Positions 45,612-63,701 of a DNA stretch of 64,000 nucleotides are shown here, piece by piece; position 1 is the stretch's first letter; the number at the start of each line of letters is the position of its first letter. The notes beneath the pieces were generated by a model, which was not told the origin of the DNA, did no database searches, and was given only the letters and a program-made list of their open reading frames with translations. The position numbers and the translations under genes are program-made. Source of the DNA: the human T2T-CHM13v2.0 reference genome, Homo sapiens; the NCBI RefSeq assembly GCF_009914755.1, contig NC_060933.1. One strand, given 5' to 3'.

Positions 45612-47791
45612 TTACCCATGATTAAAAACGTTTAAATCTCAGTTACAACCCTAGATATGATTGTTCTAAATATGTCCTTTCTGCTACTTCCTTTGCTACA
45701 AAAAAAATCCAAGAAATCAGAAAGAAGTAACGCATTAAGTGTATATATACATACCCATACACGCACATAATTTTTTCAATGAATAACCTATACTCTTCAG
45801 TATATACCCAGTAAAATCTGGAAAAAAATTAAACCTTATCCAAGGTAATAATCTTCTCTCTGTTATTATTCCTTGTATGTTGTTTAAAAATCTATCAATT
45901 TTCCACTCGAAATTTACTTCTCTCTTAAATTCTTTAAGAATTAGAAACCTCTGATTTTCATATGCCAAATACCAGGCACAAAAATGTTTTCTTTTCTTTC
46001 ATTGTGGTAAATCCAAGTGTAATACAGTAAGAATGGAAAATATGAGTAAGTGCATGTACATATATAATAAAATTAAGAAATATGTCATAATATTTTACTC
46101 TTTGGCTTTAATTTCCATTTTATTCTGGCACAAGGTTTGTAGTGGAGTGGGCAGGGAGAAAGAACAACTAGTAACATGTTTTAAGGCAAGTGTAAAAGAT
46201 AACTTTACCACTCACAAGAGTTTTATATCCAAATTTAGCTCCAAAATTAATCTGAGATTCCCAGACTAAAATATCTGTGGATAATTTTAAAGATTGAGTA
46301 GTTTGTTTTCTTATTAATTTTTTGAAATGTGTTTTTATATCCTGGTACAGAGTTATATATTCTGGATATAAGCCATTTATCAGGTACATAATTTACAAAT
46401 ATCTCACCCTGTTTGTGTTTTGTCTTTTTATTCTTTGTGTATTTGCAAGAGCCAAACTTACTGCATTTTCTGAGGTACAGTTTGTCATTTTTATGGATCA
46501 TTCTTTAGGTATTGTTATATTTAAGAAATCTTTGACTCAAGATCACAAAGATTTTCTTCTGTTTTCTTCTAGAATTGTTTAAAATTGAGATTTTGCATTT
46601 TAGACTTACTCATTTTGAGGTAATTTTTCCATATTTTATGAATAATAGATCAAAGTTATTATTTTATATATTGATATACAGCTTTGGCAAAAATAAATTG
46701 GCCATATACATATAGGTTTATTTCTAGAGTCTATTATGTTCCATTGATCCATTTGTCTGTATTAATGCTGACCACATTATCTCGACCCCTAGAGCTTTAA
46801 AATAAATCTTGAAATCAGGTTGCTTAGCTCTGTACTTTAATTCTGTTTTAAAAGTTTTATTGGCTATTTTAGATCCATTGCATTTTCATATAAACTTAAT
46901 AATAAACTAGTTTATTTCTACCAAAACTGTCAGTATATGAGTTGAAATTATATTAAAGCTATATAGGTCAGTGTGGGAAGAATTGACATCTACGTAACAG
47001 TAAGTCTTCCAACCCATGAATGCTTAATATTCTATTTTTATTTAGATCTCTTAGAATTTCTCTAACAAGTATTCTGTAATTTTCAGATCTGGTAGATTTA
47101 TTTCTAAATATTACATATTTGTGTATTCTCATCATTTGCATTCCTTAAAATATCAGTTTTATTTGTTCGTTACTATTGTACAGGAATACAATTGACTTTA
47201 TAAAATTTGCCGATTAGTTCCGGGGCTTTTTAAATAGATTCTACAGGATTGTCTACATAGACAATCTTATTTTTTGTGAATAAATATAATTTTAATTATT
47301 CCTTTACAAACTAAATGTTTTAAAATTTCTCTTTCTTGCCTTATTGCACTGGTTATGATGTTCGGTATGATGTTGCATAGTATTGATGAGAGTGGGCATT
47401 TTTGTATTATTCTTGATATTAAAGAGAAAACAATTGAGTTTTCTATGTTCAGTACAACATTAAATCAGTATTTTTCATACTTGTTTTTTAAAAGTTAAAT
47501 TGATGCAGTTCTTTTTTAGTTATTATTTTCTGAGTGCTTTTAAAATTTATTGAGAAATGGATGTTGAATGTCATTTTATTTTGCTCCATCTACTGAGAAT
47601 GTAATACAAATTTTTAAATTTTAATATGACAATTTGTAAGTTATATATTCTTGGTTTCTATTTGCTAAAATTTTATTTAGAATATTTGCATCTTTGTTCA
47701 TGAAGAATATTAGTGTGTAATTTTCTTAACTTGTAATGGCTTTTTTCTGCTTTTGGTATTAGGATAAGTTTTGTTTCATAGAATGAGTTTG

Positions 47792-48483
47792 GATCATTAA
47801 AAAGTCAGGAAACAACAGGTGCTGGAGAGGATGTGGAGAAATAGGAACACTTTTACACTGTTGGTGGGACTGTAAACTAGTTCAACCATTGTGGAAGTCA
47901 GGTGGCGATTCCTCAGGGATCTAGAACTAGGAATACCATTTGACCCAGCCATCCCATTACTGGGTATATACCCAAAGGATTATAAATCATGCTGCTATAA
48001 AGACACATGCACACGTATGTTTATTGCGACACTATTCACAATAGCAAAGACTTCGAACCAACCCAAATGTCCAACAATGATAGACTGGATTAAGAAAATG
48101 TGGCACATATACACCATGGAATACTATGCAGCCATAAAAAAGGATGAGTTCATGTCCTTTGTAGGGACATGGATGAAGCTGGAAACGGTCATTCTCAGCA
48201 TACTATCGCAAGGACAAAAAACCAAACACCACATGTTCTCACTCATAGGTGGGAACTGAACAATGAGAACACATGGACACAGGAAGGGGAACATCACACA
48301 CCGGGGTCTATTGTGGGGTGGGGTGAAGGGGGAGGGATAGCATTAGGAGATATACCTAATGTTGAATGACAAGTTAATGGGTGCAGCATACCAACATGGC
48401 ACATGTATACATATGTAACTAACCTGCACATTGTGCACATGTACCCTAAAACTTAAAGTATAATTAAAAAAAAAAAAAAAAAA
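47792..48483 (+). mobile_element. 5'-truncated L1PA3/4-like element (~690 bp)
   Basis: ORF2 C-terminus (...KHHMFSLIGGN), 3'UTR ggagggatagcattaggagatatacctaatg, poly(A) tail; no TSD found. Confidence 0.95.
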
Positions 48484-48621
48484 CCATTGTTCTCAACTTC
48501 GCTGAGTAGAGTGTCACATGAATAAGAACTAGGCAAATTTAGTTGATAATAATGTTTGAGATTTCTTTCTACTTACAAATATTTTGTTTATTTATTCTCT
48601 TGGTTACTAAGAGAGGGATGC

Positions 48622-48974
48622 TGTCTTAGTCTGTTTGGGCTGCTATACCAAAAAACCCTTACCTGAGTAGTTTATATATAGCAGAAATTTATTTTTTACA
48701 ATTCTGGTGGCTAGAAAGTCCAAGATCATGGAATATTTCATCTCTGGTAAGGGAGCATTTTCTAATTCACAGATGACATTTTTTGCTGTGTCCTCACACA
48801 GTGGACGGGATAAAGGGTTTCTCTCAGGTCTCTTTTATCAAAGCAAGGACAGTAATTTGTGAGGGCTCTATCCCTGTGACCTAATCAGCTCCCGAATTCC
48901 CCACCTCCTATCATTTTGTTGGGCAAGATTTCCATATATGAATTTAGAGGACACTACACATTCAGATCATGGCA
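48622..48974 (-). mobile_element. MLT1A-like MaLR solo LTR
   Basis: tgtcttagtctgtttgggctgctata...cattcagatcatggca; 5-bp TSD gatgc/gatga. Confidence 0.85.
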
Positions 48975-49118
48975 GATGAAGAAATTTCCAAATATAAGTA
49001 AGACTTTATCTATTTTTTCTTGTTGCTCTATAACATTCGTTTCATGTATCTTTAAACTGCTACCATGTGCATAAACATTATGATGGTTATGCTCTTCCGA
49101 GGAATTGTCTTTCATGAT

Positions 49119-49463
49119 TGTCCTAGTTTGTTTGTGCTGCTATAACTTAATACCTAAAAGTAAGTAATTTATAATGATCAGAAATTTATTTGATCTCAGA
49201 ATTATAGATATTAGAAAGCCCAATATTAAGATGCTGACAACTGGCGAAGGCCTTATTGCTCTGTCATCCCATGCTAAAAGACAGAAGGACCAAGAAACAA
49301 AAGGGAGCTGAATTCACCTTTTTATAATGACAGTAATCCTGCCTATGAGGGTAGACCCCGCACGGCCAAGTCATCTCCTGAAGGTCCCACCTCCCAACAC
49401 TGTTACAATGGCAACTAAATTTCAACATGAGTTTTAGAAGAGACAAACATTCAAACCATAGCA
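49119..49463 (-). mobile_element. MST (MSTC/D-like) MaLR solo LTR
   Basis: tgtcctagtttgtttgtgctgctata...aaatttcaacatgagttt...cattcaaaccatagca; 5-bp TSD atgat/atgac. Confidence 0.85.
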
Positions 49464-50029
49464 ATGACTAAATGACCTTCATATGTACAATAAGTATTTT
49501 TGCTTTAAAATCTTCTTTGATATTAATGGAGCTTCTCCAAATTTTTAAAAAGAAATCACTGTTAACATAGTTTATTGTTCCCATTCTTTTTCTCTTAACT
49601 GTTTATACCTTTATTTTTAAAGTGAGTTTGTAATAGAAAGTATATAGTTGAGTCTTGTTTTATTTATCCAGTCCAACAATCTACACTTGTTATTTATTTG
49701 TTGATATGATTGGGTTATATCTAGTACTTCTTTTTTATTTTATGCTTTTTCTATTTCTTCTTTTTTCTCTTTTTCTGCCCTATTTTGATGAGTCGGGTAT
49801 TTTCTTTTTTTCCCCTCGTTGCATTTTATTTTCCTTTCGGCTTAACATTTATATTTCTTTTTTTTGTTAATTTAGTTGTTGGTTTGGATTTATAGTATAC
49901 ACATTTAACTTATCAATCTATCTTGAAATGATATTATGCCACTTTTTATATGTTAAAGTAACTTTATAATAATATGCTGCACTTATTCCCTGTGAGGCTC
50001 TGTTCTGCTTTTTAAAATTTTACTTTTAT

Positions 50030-50511
<482 letters not shown>

Positions 50512-51891
50512 CTACCTGAAATAATAACGTTAGTATTTCCTGTATTAGTTCACCTAGTGAAAAATTCTTTCAGCTTTGTGTGCTCCCAAATGTCTTTATG
50601 TCAGCTTCATATTTGAAATACTTTTTTTGAGATATAGAACTCTAGTTCAGAGAGTTTTTATTTGAGTACTTTAAAAACTTCCTCCACTATCTTCTAGCTT
50701 ACATTGTCTCCAATGAGAAATATGTTATCTTTGTTTCTATATATGTAATGTGTCTTCTTAATCTGGCTGTTTTTAGGATTATTTTGTTTTTAACGCTCAT
50801 TATTACTGATAATGTGCTTTTTTCATTTTTTAAATTCATTTTATGTTGGTCTTCATTGAACTTTTTGTATCTGTGGATTACTGTTTTTATCAAATTTTGA
50901 AAATATTCAGCCATTATTTCTTCAACTTTTTTCTGTTTTCTACTCTCTCTCTTCTCCTTTTAGATTGCACTTACATATGTCTTAGACCACTTGAATTTGC
51001 CCCACAGTTACTCCATTTTTTCTCTCTCTTTCGATTTCATTTTGAATGGTTTCTATTGTTAAGTCTTGAAGTCCATTACTTTTTTTTTAGCAATATCTAA
51101 TCCGCTTCTAATTCCATTTAGTATAATTTTCATTTCAGGCATTGTATTTTTTTCATCTTGGCAAATTGAATATTTTTAACTTCCATAATTTATTTGTTTC
51201 CTGTTGTTCCTCATCTTTTTCTCTAGTTTCTTTAACATGTTAAATTGTTGTAAAAATGCTTTTAGTATTCTGTTTATTAATGTTATCATCTGTATTGATT
51301 CTATATTGGGTTAAATTGATTTCTTTTCATCTTCATTCTGCACCTTATCCTCCTCCTGTGCATGTCTCATAATTTTTGACTGGTTGTCAGATATTGTGAT
51401 TTTAGTTTATTTAGGTCCTTATTTTTCTGTTGCTGCATATATTCCTGAGCTTCCTTGTGGAATGTGGTTCACTTCCTTGGAAATAGTGTGATCTTTTTAT
51501 GTTTCTTTGGCTTGAACAGAACATTGTTTCTCTAAGGCTTTTTTTTAGTCCCCCACCACTGAAAGAAAAACATATAAGTACTCTATAAAATGATGAGTAT
51601 ATTTTAAAACTTCATACTTTGGCTTGTGCATTCCAGACGGTATTCCCTCTAATGCATTTGGGTGGTTTCTTTTCACCCTCTGTCTTTCAGTGGTTTTCTC
51701 AGGTACGTATTCTGGACAGTATTCCAGTTTAGGACACAAGAGTATCCTCTACATATATTTGGAGCTCTCTCATTGTACAACTTTCTCCTCTCTGACAGTC
51801 TGTCCTATGAACTCTTACTTTGGTCTTTCCAAGCTTCCAACTCTAACAATTCAACTCAGGGAGGCTGTGTGGGGGCAACTGGCTTCTTTCC

Positions 51892-52398
51892 TGGCAGGTC
51901 TGTCCCACAGACCCTGGCCAAGCAACAGATGAAAGGAGTACTCATACGCAGACATGCAGTGAAAAAGTGGGCTTGGGGACTGATGGCACTAGGGGCCAAA
52001 GAGTGTTAGCAGTCTGATAAGCCAGAGCCACTTGTATTTATTCAGTAGAGATTTAATGACAAAGGCCTGGAGCCAACACAACCTGTGGATAATTAACATT
52101 GTCGCCTCCCACCCCCGCCCCCTCCACCCCTTGCAAGGAGCAGTCTTGCGCGCCGATGATCAAGATGATCAAAGATCAGTTTCTGGACAACATAAGTAAA
52201 TAAACTTATCTAGATAAACTTCTGCACGTTCTTTTGCACCTACTTCTCACCCTCTGCCTCAGGGTTAGAGAATTACCTGCCTTCAGTTTTTATTCTCTCC
52301 TGAAGCTTTGAAAAACCTCCCGGCCTTCCAAGAAGGTTTGTGTCTTTCCCTATAACTTTTCTTATAACTTTTCCCATCATCCTGACCCATCTCCTACA
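51892..52398 (-). mobile_element. Solo LTR22-like (HERV-K22/HML-5) LTR
   Basis: Minus strand starts tgtaggagatgggtcaggatg and ends cagggtctgtgggacagacctgcca; AATAAA near 52037-42; perfect 6-bp TSD ctttcc (51886-91 / 52399-404). Confidence 0.8.
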
Positions 52399-52782
52399 CT
52401 TTCCCAGTGCCATAGCCTGGAAACTCTCACCAGGCAGTAAGCCGAGGTAATCTTTGGGGTCCCTGGTTTGTATCTCATCTCATAGGAATGACTAGATCAT
52501 TGTGTTGTGTTTCCTAATGCTCAGTGGCTTGAAAAGTATTGACTCATATTTTGTTCAGTTTTTAGTTGTTTCATGTAAAATAGTATTTTGGGTCTTTGTT
52601 ACTTTATCTTGGTCAGATGCAGACGTTTCCTAAGCTATTTAAATTTCTTTTCTAAAAATAAGCGTTAGTTGAATACTAAAAAGTCCATTTGGAAAATATT
52701 TCAATGACATTCAGTTGAGATTATAAAAAAATTAGTAAATTAAGAAGATAGATTTGTTAATAATAAATTTTATTGTTTCATT

Positions 52783-53545
52783 ATTTTTGTAACAAGTATA
52801 TTGAGAAATACAATTCACATACCATGCAATGTATCCATTTAAAGTATAGAAATCATTGGTTTGAATACATTTACAAAGTTATGCGACAATCACCGTGACC
52901 AATTTTAGAAATTTTTCATCAACCAAAAAACAAACCCTATGCCTTTTTAGCCGTCACTGTGCTGTTTTTTTCCCAATCTCTTTAGCCCTAAGTAATGATT
53001 AGCCTACTTTGTGTCTCTATAGATATGCCTATTCTGGACCTTTAGTATAAATAAAATCCTAAAATATGTGGTTTTTGTGATTGGCTTATTGCACTTTGCC
53101 AATCTTGTATTCAAGGTTCTTCTGTGTTGCAGTATGTATCAGCACTTTATTCCTCAATAATATTCAACTCTTTAGTTATGCCCCCGTTTTATTTACCTTT
53201 CCATTATTTAATGGACATTTGGGTTGTTTCTACATTTTGGTTATTATGAATAATGCTCCTATGAACATCTGTGTACATGTTACTGTATGAAAATATGTTT
53301 TCAGTTTTCTTGAGTATATAGCTAGAATTGAAAGTGCTGGATAAAATGGTAACTAAATGTTTAACCTTTTGAGGAAGTGCACAGTGTTTTTTCAATTTTT
53401 CATTCACATAAGCTGTTTATGAGGATTGCAATTGATCCACATCTTTGTCAACACTTGCAATCATTACTCTTTTTGATTAAAGCAACCCTAGTGGGTGTAA
53501 AGTGGTATCTCATTGTGGTTTTAATTTGCATTTCACTTATGGAAA
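52783..53545 (-). mobile_element. L1MB-type 3' fragment
   Basis: ttgagaaatacaattcacataccatg...ccaattttagaaattttt...gtggtatctcattgtggttttaatttgcattt. Confidence 0.8.
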
Positions 53546-53814
53546 ATGTTGCTTTTATAGTGTCAGTAATCCCTTCTCATAATATCTGTTTTTACGTGTC
53601 TGTCAGCATTTAAATGCATCAAATAGCAGTAAATCAATTACTGTTTGCTGACTGCTCTTATTACTTCTGGGAAACCTAATAAATAAATTGCCATCAATAA
53701 CAGCTAACTTTTAAAGCCCTTGATGAGATCTAGTCTTTTTACATACTGCATTCAATCCTCACATACTGTCATAGATGAAGAAAATTATGGTGAATGAGTT
53801 TCAGTAACTTATAA

Positions 53815-54027
53815 TAGGAGTTGTCAAACTACTACCCAGAGTTGAAATCCATCTCATGGTCTATGTTCACAATGCCTGCATGCTAAGAATATTTTTTACA
53901 TATTACAGTGTTACTAAAAAAAACAATGTGTTAAAGAGACCTGTGTAGCCTGGAAAGCTTAAAATATTTAAGCTTTATTTAAAGGGCTACATATGGCCCT
54001 TTATAGAAAATCTTTGCTGACCTCCAA
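53815..54027. mobile_element. MER58 (hAT-Charlie) DNA transposon within a MIR
   Basis: ggagttgtcaaacta...gctaagaatattttttacat...ggccctttatagaaaatctttgctgacctc; MIR-like sequence 53700-53815. Confidence 0.75.
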
Positions 54028-55258
54028 CTTACGTTGCACATGTGGTTAAAAACCAGCTTCATCCAATTCGGGAATGTGAGTTTTACAACTGACAATATTG
54101 TAGTAGACATATATGTCCTTCAGTTTATCTGACCTAGTAAAACAGCAGGAGAAAACAAAGTAAAACAAGCACATATATATATTTTAAAAAAGACAAAACA
54201 TGTTGAGTATTCTGTGCATAATATAAAACCTGTGGTTTGCCATGGGAGATTGGAAGAAATTTGAGCAATTATCCCTTCAACATACATGAGTAAAGAGAAA
54301 ATTGACTATAGCTGGACAAAACCTAAATAAAATGAGTGCCATGGAAAGTTGGGGATTTGTGCATGCCCTTACTCTTTCATAGTATCTAAGGGGGCTTAAT
54401 TGTTGTGGATTGGATACACTAACTCAGAAGGATAACAAAGTCTCTTGATTGCACATGATGTTGGAAGACAGGCTAATTTAGTTTAAGAATTTATATTAGA
54501 AAGTAAAATCACCAATCTGGAGGAATAAATTATATGAGTGGAATATGAGAGTTGGATGAACTATACAATGGTAACACACACTCTGACATTGTAGACCAAA
54601 TGCTAATTCTCAATATTGACACAGTAACATTCACAAATCTAGGTACTCAATTAGCTTTGGTTTGGCCTATTTCATGTCACTTGTATACCATCCAGAGATC
54701 CAAATGAATTATCATGGAGTCCTAAACTTCTGACATTGGCCATGTTTTATACTCTCCACCTTACCTACCCTTCCTGCCTATCTCCAACATCCATCGTTAA
54801 AGAAACCAAAAACCACCTACACAGTTCCCTTATCAATCACTCAATAATAAGCATGGGCTTGTACATATGGTATTTTTACAATTTCTCTCTCCTGTTATTA
54901 AATGTCAGCATTTTTCTAAATAACTGCCAATTAAAACTCACATTCAAAACTATAAATTTTGCATTCTCAGAGCGACATTATTTACTTTATATTGTAAAAC
55001 AATCTTATTATAAATAATTTGCATGTGAAACTACAATCACCACTTTTTTTATTATTATACTTTAAGTTTTAGGGTACATGTACACAATGTGCAGGTTTGT
55101 TACATATGTATACATGTGCCATGTTGGTGTGCTGCACCCATTAACTCATCATTTACCATTAGTTATATCTTCTAATGTTATCCCTCCCCCCTCCCCCCAC
55201 CCCACAACAGGCCCACAGTGATGTTCCCCTTCCCGTGTCTATGTGTTCTCATTGTTCA

Positions 55259-56263
<1,005 letters not shown>

Positions 56264-56266
56264 TCA

Positions 56267-56686
<420 letters not shown>

Positions 56687-56689
56687 TCA

Positions 56690-57325
<636 letters not shown>

Positions 57326-58134
57326 TTATATGCTGGATTACATTTATTGATTTGCATATATTGAACCTGCCTTGCATCCCAGGAATGAAGCCCACTTGGT
57401 CATGGTGCATAAGGTTTTTGATGTGCTGCTGGATTTGGTTTGCCAGTATTTTATTGAGGATTTTTGCATCAGTGTTCATCAGGGATATTGGTCTAAAATT
57501 CTCTTTTTTTGTTGTGCCTCTACCAGGCTTTCATAGCAGGATGATGTTGGCCTTATAAATTGAGTTAGGGAAGATTCCCTCTTTTTCTATTGATTGGAGT
57601 AGTTTCAGAAGGAATGGTACCAGCTCCTCCTTGTACCTCTGGTAGAATTCGGCTGTGAATCAGTGTGGTCCCGGACTGTTTTTGGTTGGCAAGCTATTAA
57701 TTATTGCCTAAAGTTCAGAGCCTATTATTGGTCTATTCAGAGATTCAACTTCTTCCTGGTTTAGTCTTGGGAGTGTGTATGTGTTGAGGAATTTATCCAT
57801 TTTTTCCAGATTTTCTAGTTTATTTGTGTAGAGGTGTTTATAGTATTCTCTGATGGTAGTTTGTATTTCTGTGGGATCTGTGATGATAACCCCTTTATCA
57901 TTTTTTATTGCGTCTATTTGATTCTTCTCTCTTTTCTTCTTTATTAGTCTTGCTAGTGGTCTATGAATTTTGTTGATCTTTTCATAAAACCAGCTCCTGG
58001 ATTCATTGATTTTTTTGAAGGGTTTTTTGTCTCTATCTCCTTCAGTTCTGCTCTGATCTTAGTTATTTCTTGCCTTCTGCTAGCTTTTGAAAGTGTTTGC
58101 TCTTGCTTCTCTAGTTCTTTTAATTGTGATGTTA

Positions 58135-58332
<198 letters not shown>

Positions 58333-59082
58333 TCATGTAGTTGAGCGGTTTTGAATGACTTTCTTAATCCTGACTTCTAGTTTGATTGCACTGTTGTCTG
58401 AGAGACAGGTTGTCATAATTTCTGTTCTCTTACATTTGCTGAGGAGTGCTTTACTTCCACCTGTGTGGTCAGTTTTGCAATAGGTTTGGTGTGGTGCTGA
58501 AAAGAATGTATATTCTGTTGATTTGGGGTGGAGAGTTCTGTACATGTCTATCAGGTCCACTTGGTGCAGGGCTGGGTTCAGTTCCTGGATACCCTTGTTA
58601 ACTTTCTGTCTCGTTGAGCTGTCTAATGTTGATAGTGGGCTGTTAAAGTCTCCCATTATTATTGTGTGGGAATTTAAGTCTCTTTGTAGGTCTCTAAGGA
58701 CTTGCTTTATGAATCTGGGTGCTCCTGTATTGGGTGCGCATATATTTAGGATAGTTAGCTGCTCTTGTTGAATTGATCCCTTTACCATTATGTAATGGCC
58801 TTCTTTGTCTCTTTTGATCTTTGTTGGTTTAAAGTCTGTTTTATCAGACACTAGGATTGCAACCCCTGCCTTTTTTTGTTTTCCATTTGCTTGGTAGATC
58901 TTCCTCCATCCCTTTATTTTGAGCCTATATGTGTCTCTGCCCATGAGATGGGTTTCCTGAATACAACACATTGATGGGTCTTGATTCTTTTTCCAGTTTG
59001 CCAGTCTTTGTCTTTTAATTGGAGCGTTTAGCTCATTTACATTTAAGTTTAATATTGTTATGTGTGAATTTGATCCTGTCAT
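58333..59082 (-). pseudogene. L1 ORF2p endonuclease domain (copy B), truncated at 249 aa
   Basis: MTGSNSHITIL...IQETH...GDFN; Y115C (NICAPN) and SDH motif changed to SDN; premature stop. Confidence 0.9.
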
Positions 59083-60772
59083 TATGATGTTAGCTGGTTA
59101 TTTTGCTCATTAGTTGATGCAGTTTCTTCCTAGCATCAATGATCTTTACAATTTGGCATGTTTTTGCATTGGCTGGTACCAGTTGTTCCTTTCCATGTTT
59201 AGTGCTTCCTTCAGGAGCTCTTTTAGGGCAGGCCTGGTGGTGACAAAATCTCTCAGCATTTGCTTGTCTGTAAAGGATTTTATTTCTCCTTCACTTACGA
59301 AGCTTAGTTTGGCTGGATATGAAATTCTGGGTTGAAAATTCTTTTCTTTAGGAATGTTGAATATTGGCCCTCACTCTCTTCTGGCTTGTAGAGTTTCTGC
59401 CGAGAGATCAGCTGTTAGTCTGATGGGCTTCCCTTTGTGGGTAACCTGACCTTTCTCTCTGGCTGCCCTTAACATTTTTTCCTTCATTTCAACTTTGGTG
59501 CATCTGACAATTATGTTTCTTGGAGTTGCTCTTCTTGAGGAGTATCTTTGTAGCGTTCTCTGTATTTTCTGAATTTGAATGTTGGCCTGCCTTGCTAGAT
59601 TGGGGAAGTTCTCCTGGATAATTTCCTGCAGAGTGTTTTCTAACTTGGTTCCATTCTCCCCGTCACTTTCAGGTACACCAGTGAGTCGTAGATTTGGTCT
59701 TTTCACATAGTCCCACATTTCTTGGAGACTTTGTTTTCTTTTTATTCTTTTTTCTCTAAACTTCTGTTCTTACTTCATTTCATTCATTTGATCTTCCATC
59801 CCTGATACCCTCTCTTCCAGTTCATTGAATCGGCTACTGAGGCTTGTGCATTCATCACGTAGTTCCTGTGCCATGGTTTTCAGCTCCATCAGGTCCTTTA
59901 AGGACTTTTCTGCATTGGTTATTCTAGTTAGCCATTCATATAATCTTTTTTCAAGGTTTTTAACTTGTATGCCATGGGTTCGAACTTCCTCCTTTAGCTT
60001 GGAGTATTTTGATTGTCTGAAGCCTTCTTCTCTCAACTCGTCAAGGTCATTCTCCTTCCAGCTTTGTTCTGTTGCTGGTGAGGAGCTGCATTCCTTTGTA
60101 GGAGAAGAAGCGCTCTGATTTTTAGAATTTTCACATTTTCTGCTCTGTTTTTTACATGTGTTTAGAATAACACATTTTCTGCTCTGTTTTTTACTCATCT
60201 TTGTGGTTTTATCTACCTTTGGTCTCTGATGATGGTGACGTATAGATGGGGTTTTGTTGTGGATGTCCTTTCTGTTTGTTAGTTTTCCTTCTAACAGTCA
60301 GGCCCTCAGCTGCAGGTCTGTTGGAGTTTATCAGAGGTCCACCCCAGACCCTGTTTGCCTGGGTATCAGCAGCGGAGTCTGCAGAACAGCGGATATTGGT
60401 GAACAGCAAATGTTGCTGCCTGATCATTCCTCTGGAACTTTTGTGTCAGAGGAGTACCCAGCCATGTGAGGTGTCATTCTGCCCCTACTTGGGGGTGCCT
60501 CCCAGTAAGGCTACTCAGGGGTCAGGGTCCAACTTGAGGTGGCAGTCTGTCCTTTCTCAGATCTCAAGCTGCATGCTGGGAGAACCACTACTCTCTTCCA
60601 AGCTGTCAGACAGGGACATTTAACTTTACAGAGGTTTCTACTGCCTTTTGTTTGGCTATGCCCTGCCCCCAGAGGTGGAGTCTACAGAGGCAGGCAGGCG
60701 TCCTTGAGCTGCGGTGGGCTCCACCCAGTTTGAGCTTCCTGGCCACTTTGTTTACCTACTCAAGCCTTGCCA

Positions 60773-61527
<755 letters not shown>

Positions 61528-62678
61528 AGTCACCACCTATCTTTAAAAAAGGCTTTAGTTAGTGCTAAACTATTTGTATTTCAGCTAGCAATTTTATCAT
61601 TAGTAACTTGATTTTTTATGCTTAAAGGAAATTAAATCCATTCTTTTTTCATCAGAATGAAGTAGCCTCAAACATAAACAATTTAAAAATTCAGACAGTA
61701 TCTTTCATCAGGCTGAAATATGCCTAAAAATCACAGTGTTCCATACAGTTTATCATTGCTGATTATGTTAACACAATTATAATATTTTGTATTTCAGAAT
61801 GGCAATGTAACTTTTTCCAAAGGACACATGAAACCTTTTTATCAACATCCTTTTGTGCATTGCTAGGTCATATAAGTTCCTTTCTAGAATATCCCCTAAT
61901 TTAGTTTTCCTTTGAATAATTGTTTAATGGATAAAGTGTATTTTTTTCTCTAGAAATCCCTTTGACCTTTACAGAAGACTGGACTTATAACTGAACATTA
62001 TGCCAATAGAAATGATAAGATTTGTTCTAATGCTTCAGAAATTTGCTTGAAGATAGTAGTGTTAGTAAATATTCAAAAGCTGTTTTCTTACACAGAAATA
62101 TTTTTAGCAAAATGAATAATGCAATATTATTAAGCATTGTTTCTGAGATTTTTAAAAAGTATTTTTTTAACCCTTGATGCAATTGCTTGTTTTTACTTTA
62201 ATTTTATCTCACCAGCTAGCAAATATATAATAACTTATTTTCATCTTCTTTTATTACCTTAGGCATTCACTATAATTCCTGAATTTAGATTTGGGATAAA
62301 ATAGTGTATAATAAAAAAGGCAAACTAGTGTTGTTTATTGAAATCGGGACAAAATTGTGTATATGGTTACATCAGGTATGTTTTCAAAACCATGTTTTAA
62401 ATCGCCTGTTTCATCTTTGCATAAGAAATTGTAAACAACCTTCGATTATGTTGAAACTTCAATAATACTAAAACGTTCTCTTTGGCTGTTCTTTATTTTC
62501 CAGTCTGTTATTCAAGGACATTTATAATTTTTTGCTTCAATACTTTTCCAAATTACTTTCTTTTTTTCTTTACTTCCTTTTTAGTAAATATTATGTTCTT
62601 TCATAATAAGTCTAACTACTTTGTCTGAAGATGATTACCATGTAATATTACTTCCTCCCTGATATTATGCATTTATTT

Positions 62679-63700
<1,022 letters not shown>

Positions 63701-63701
63701 C

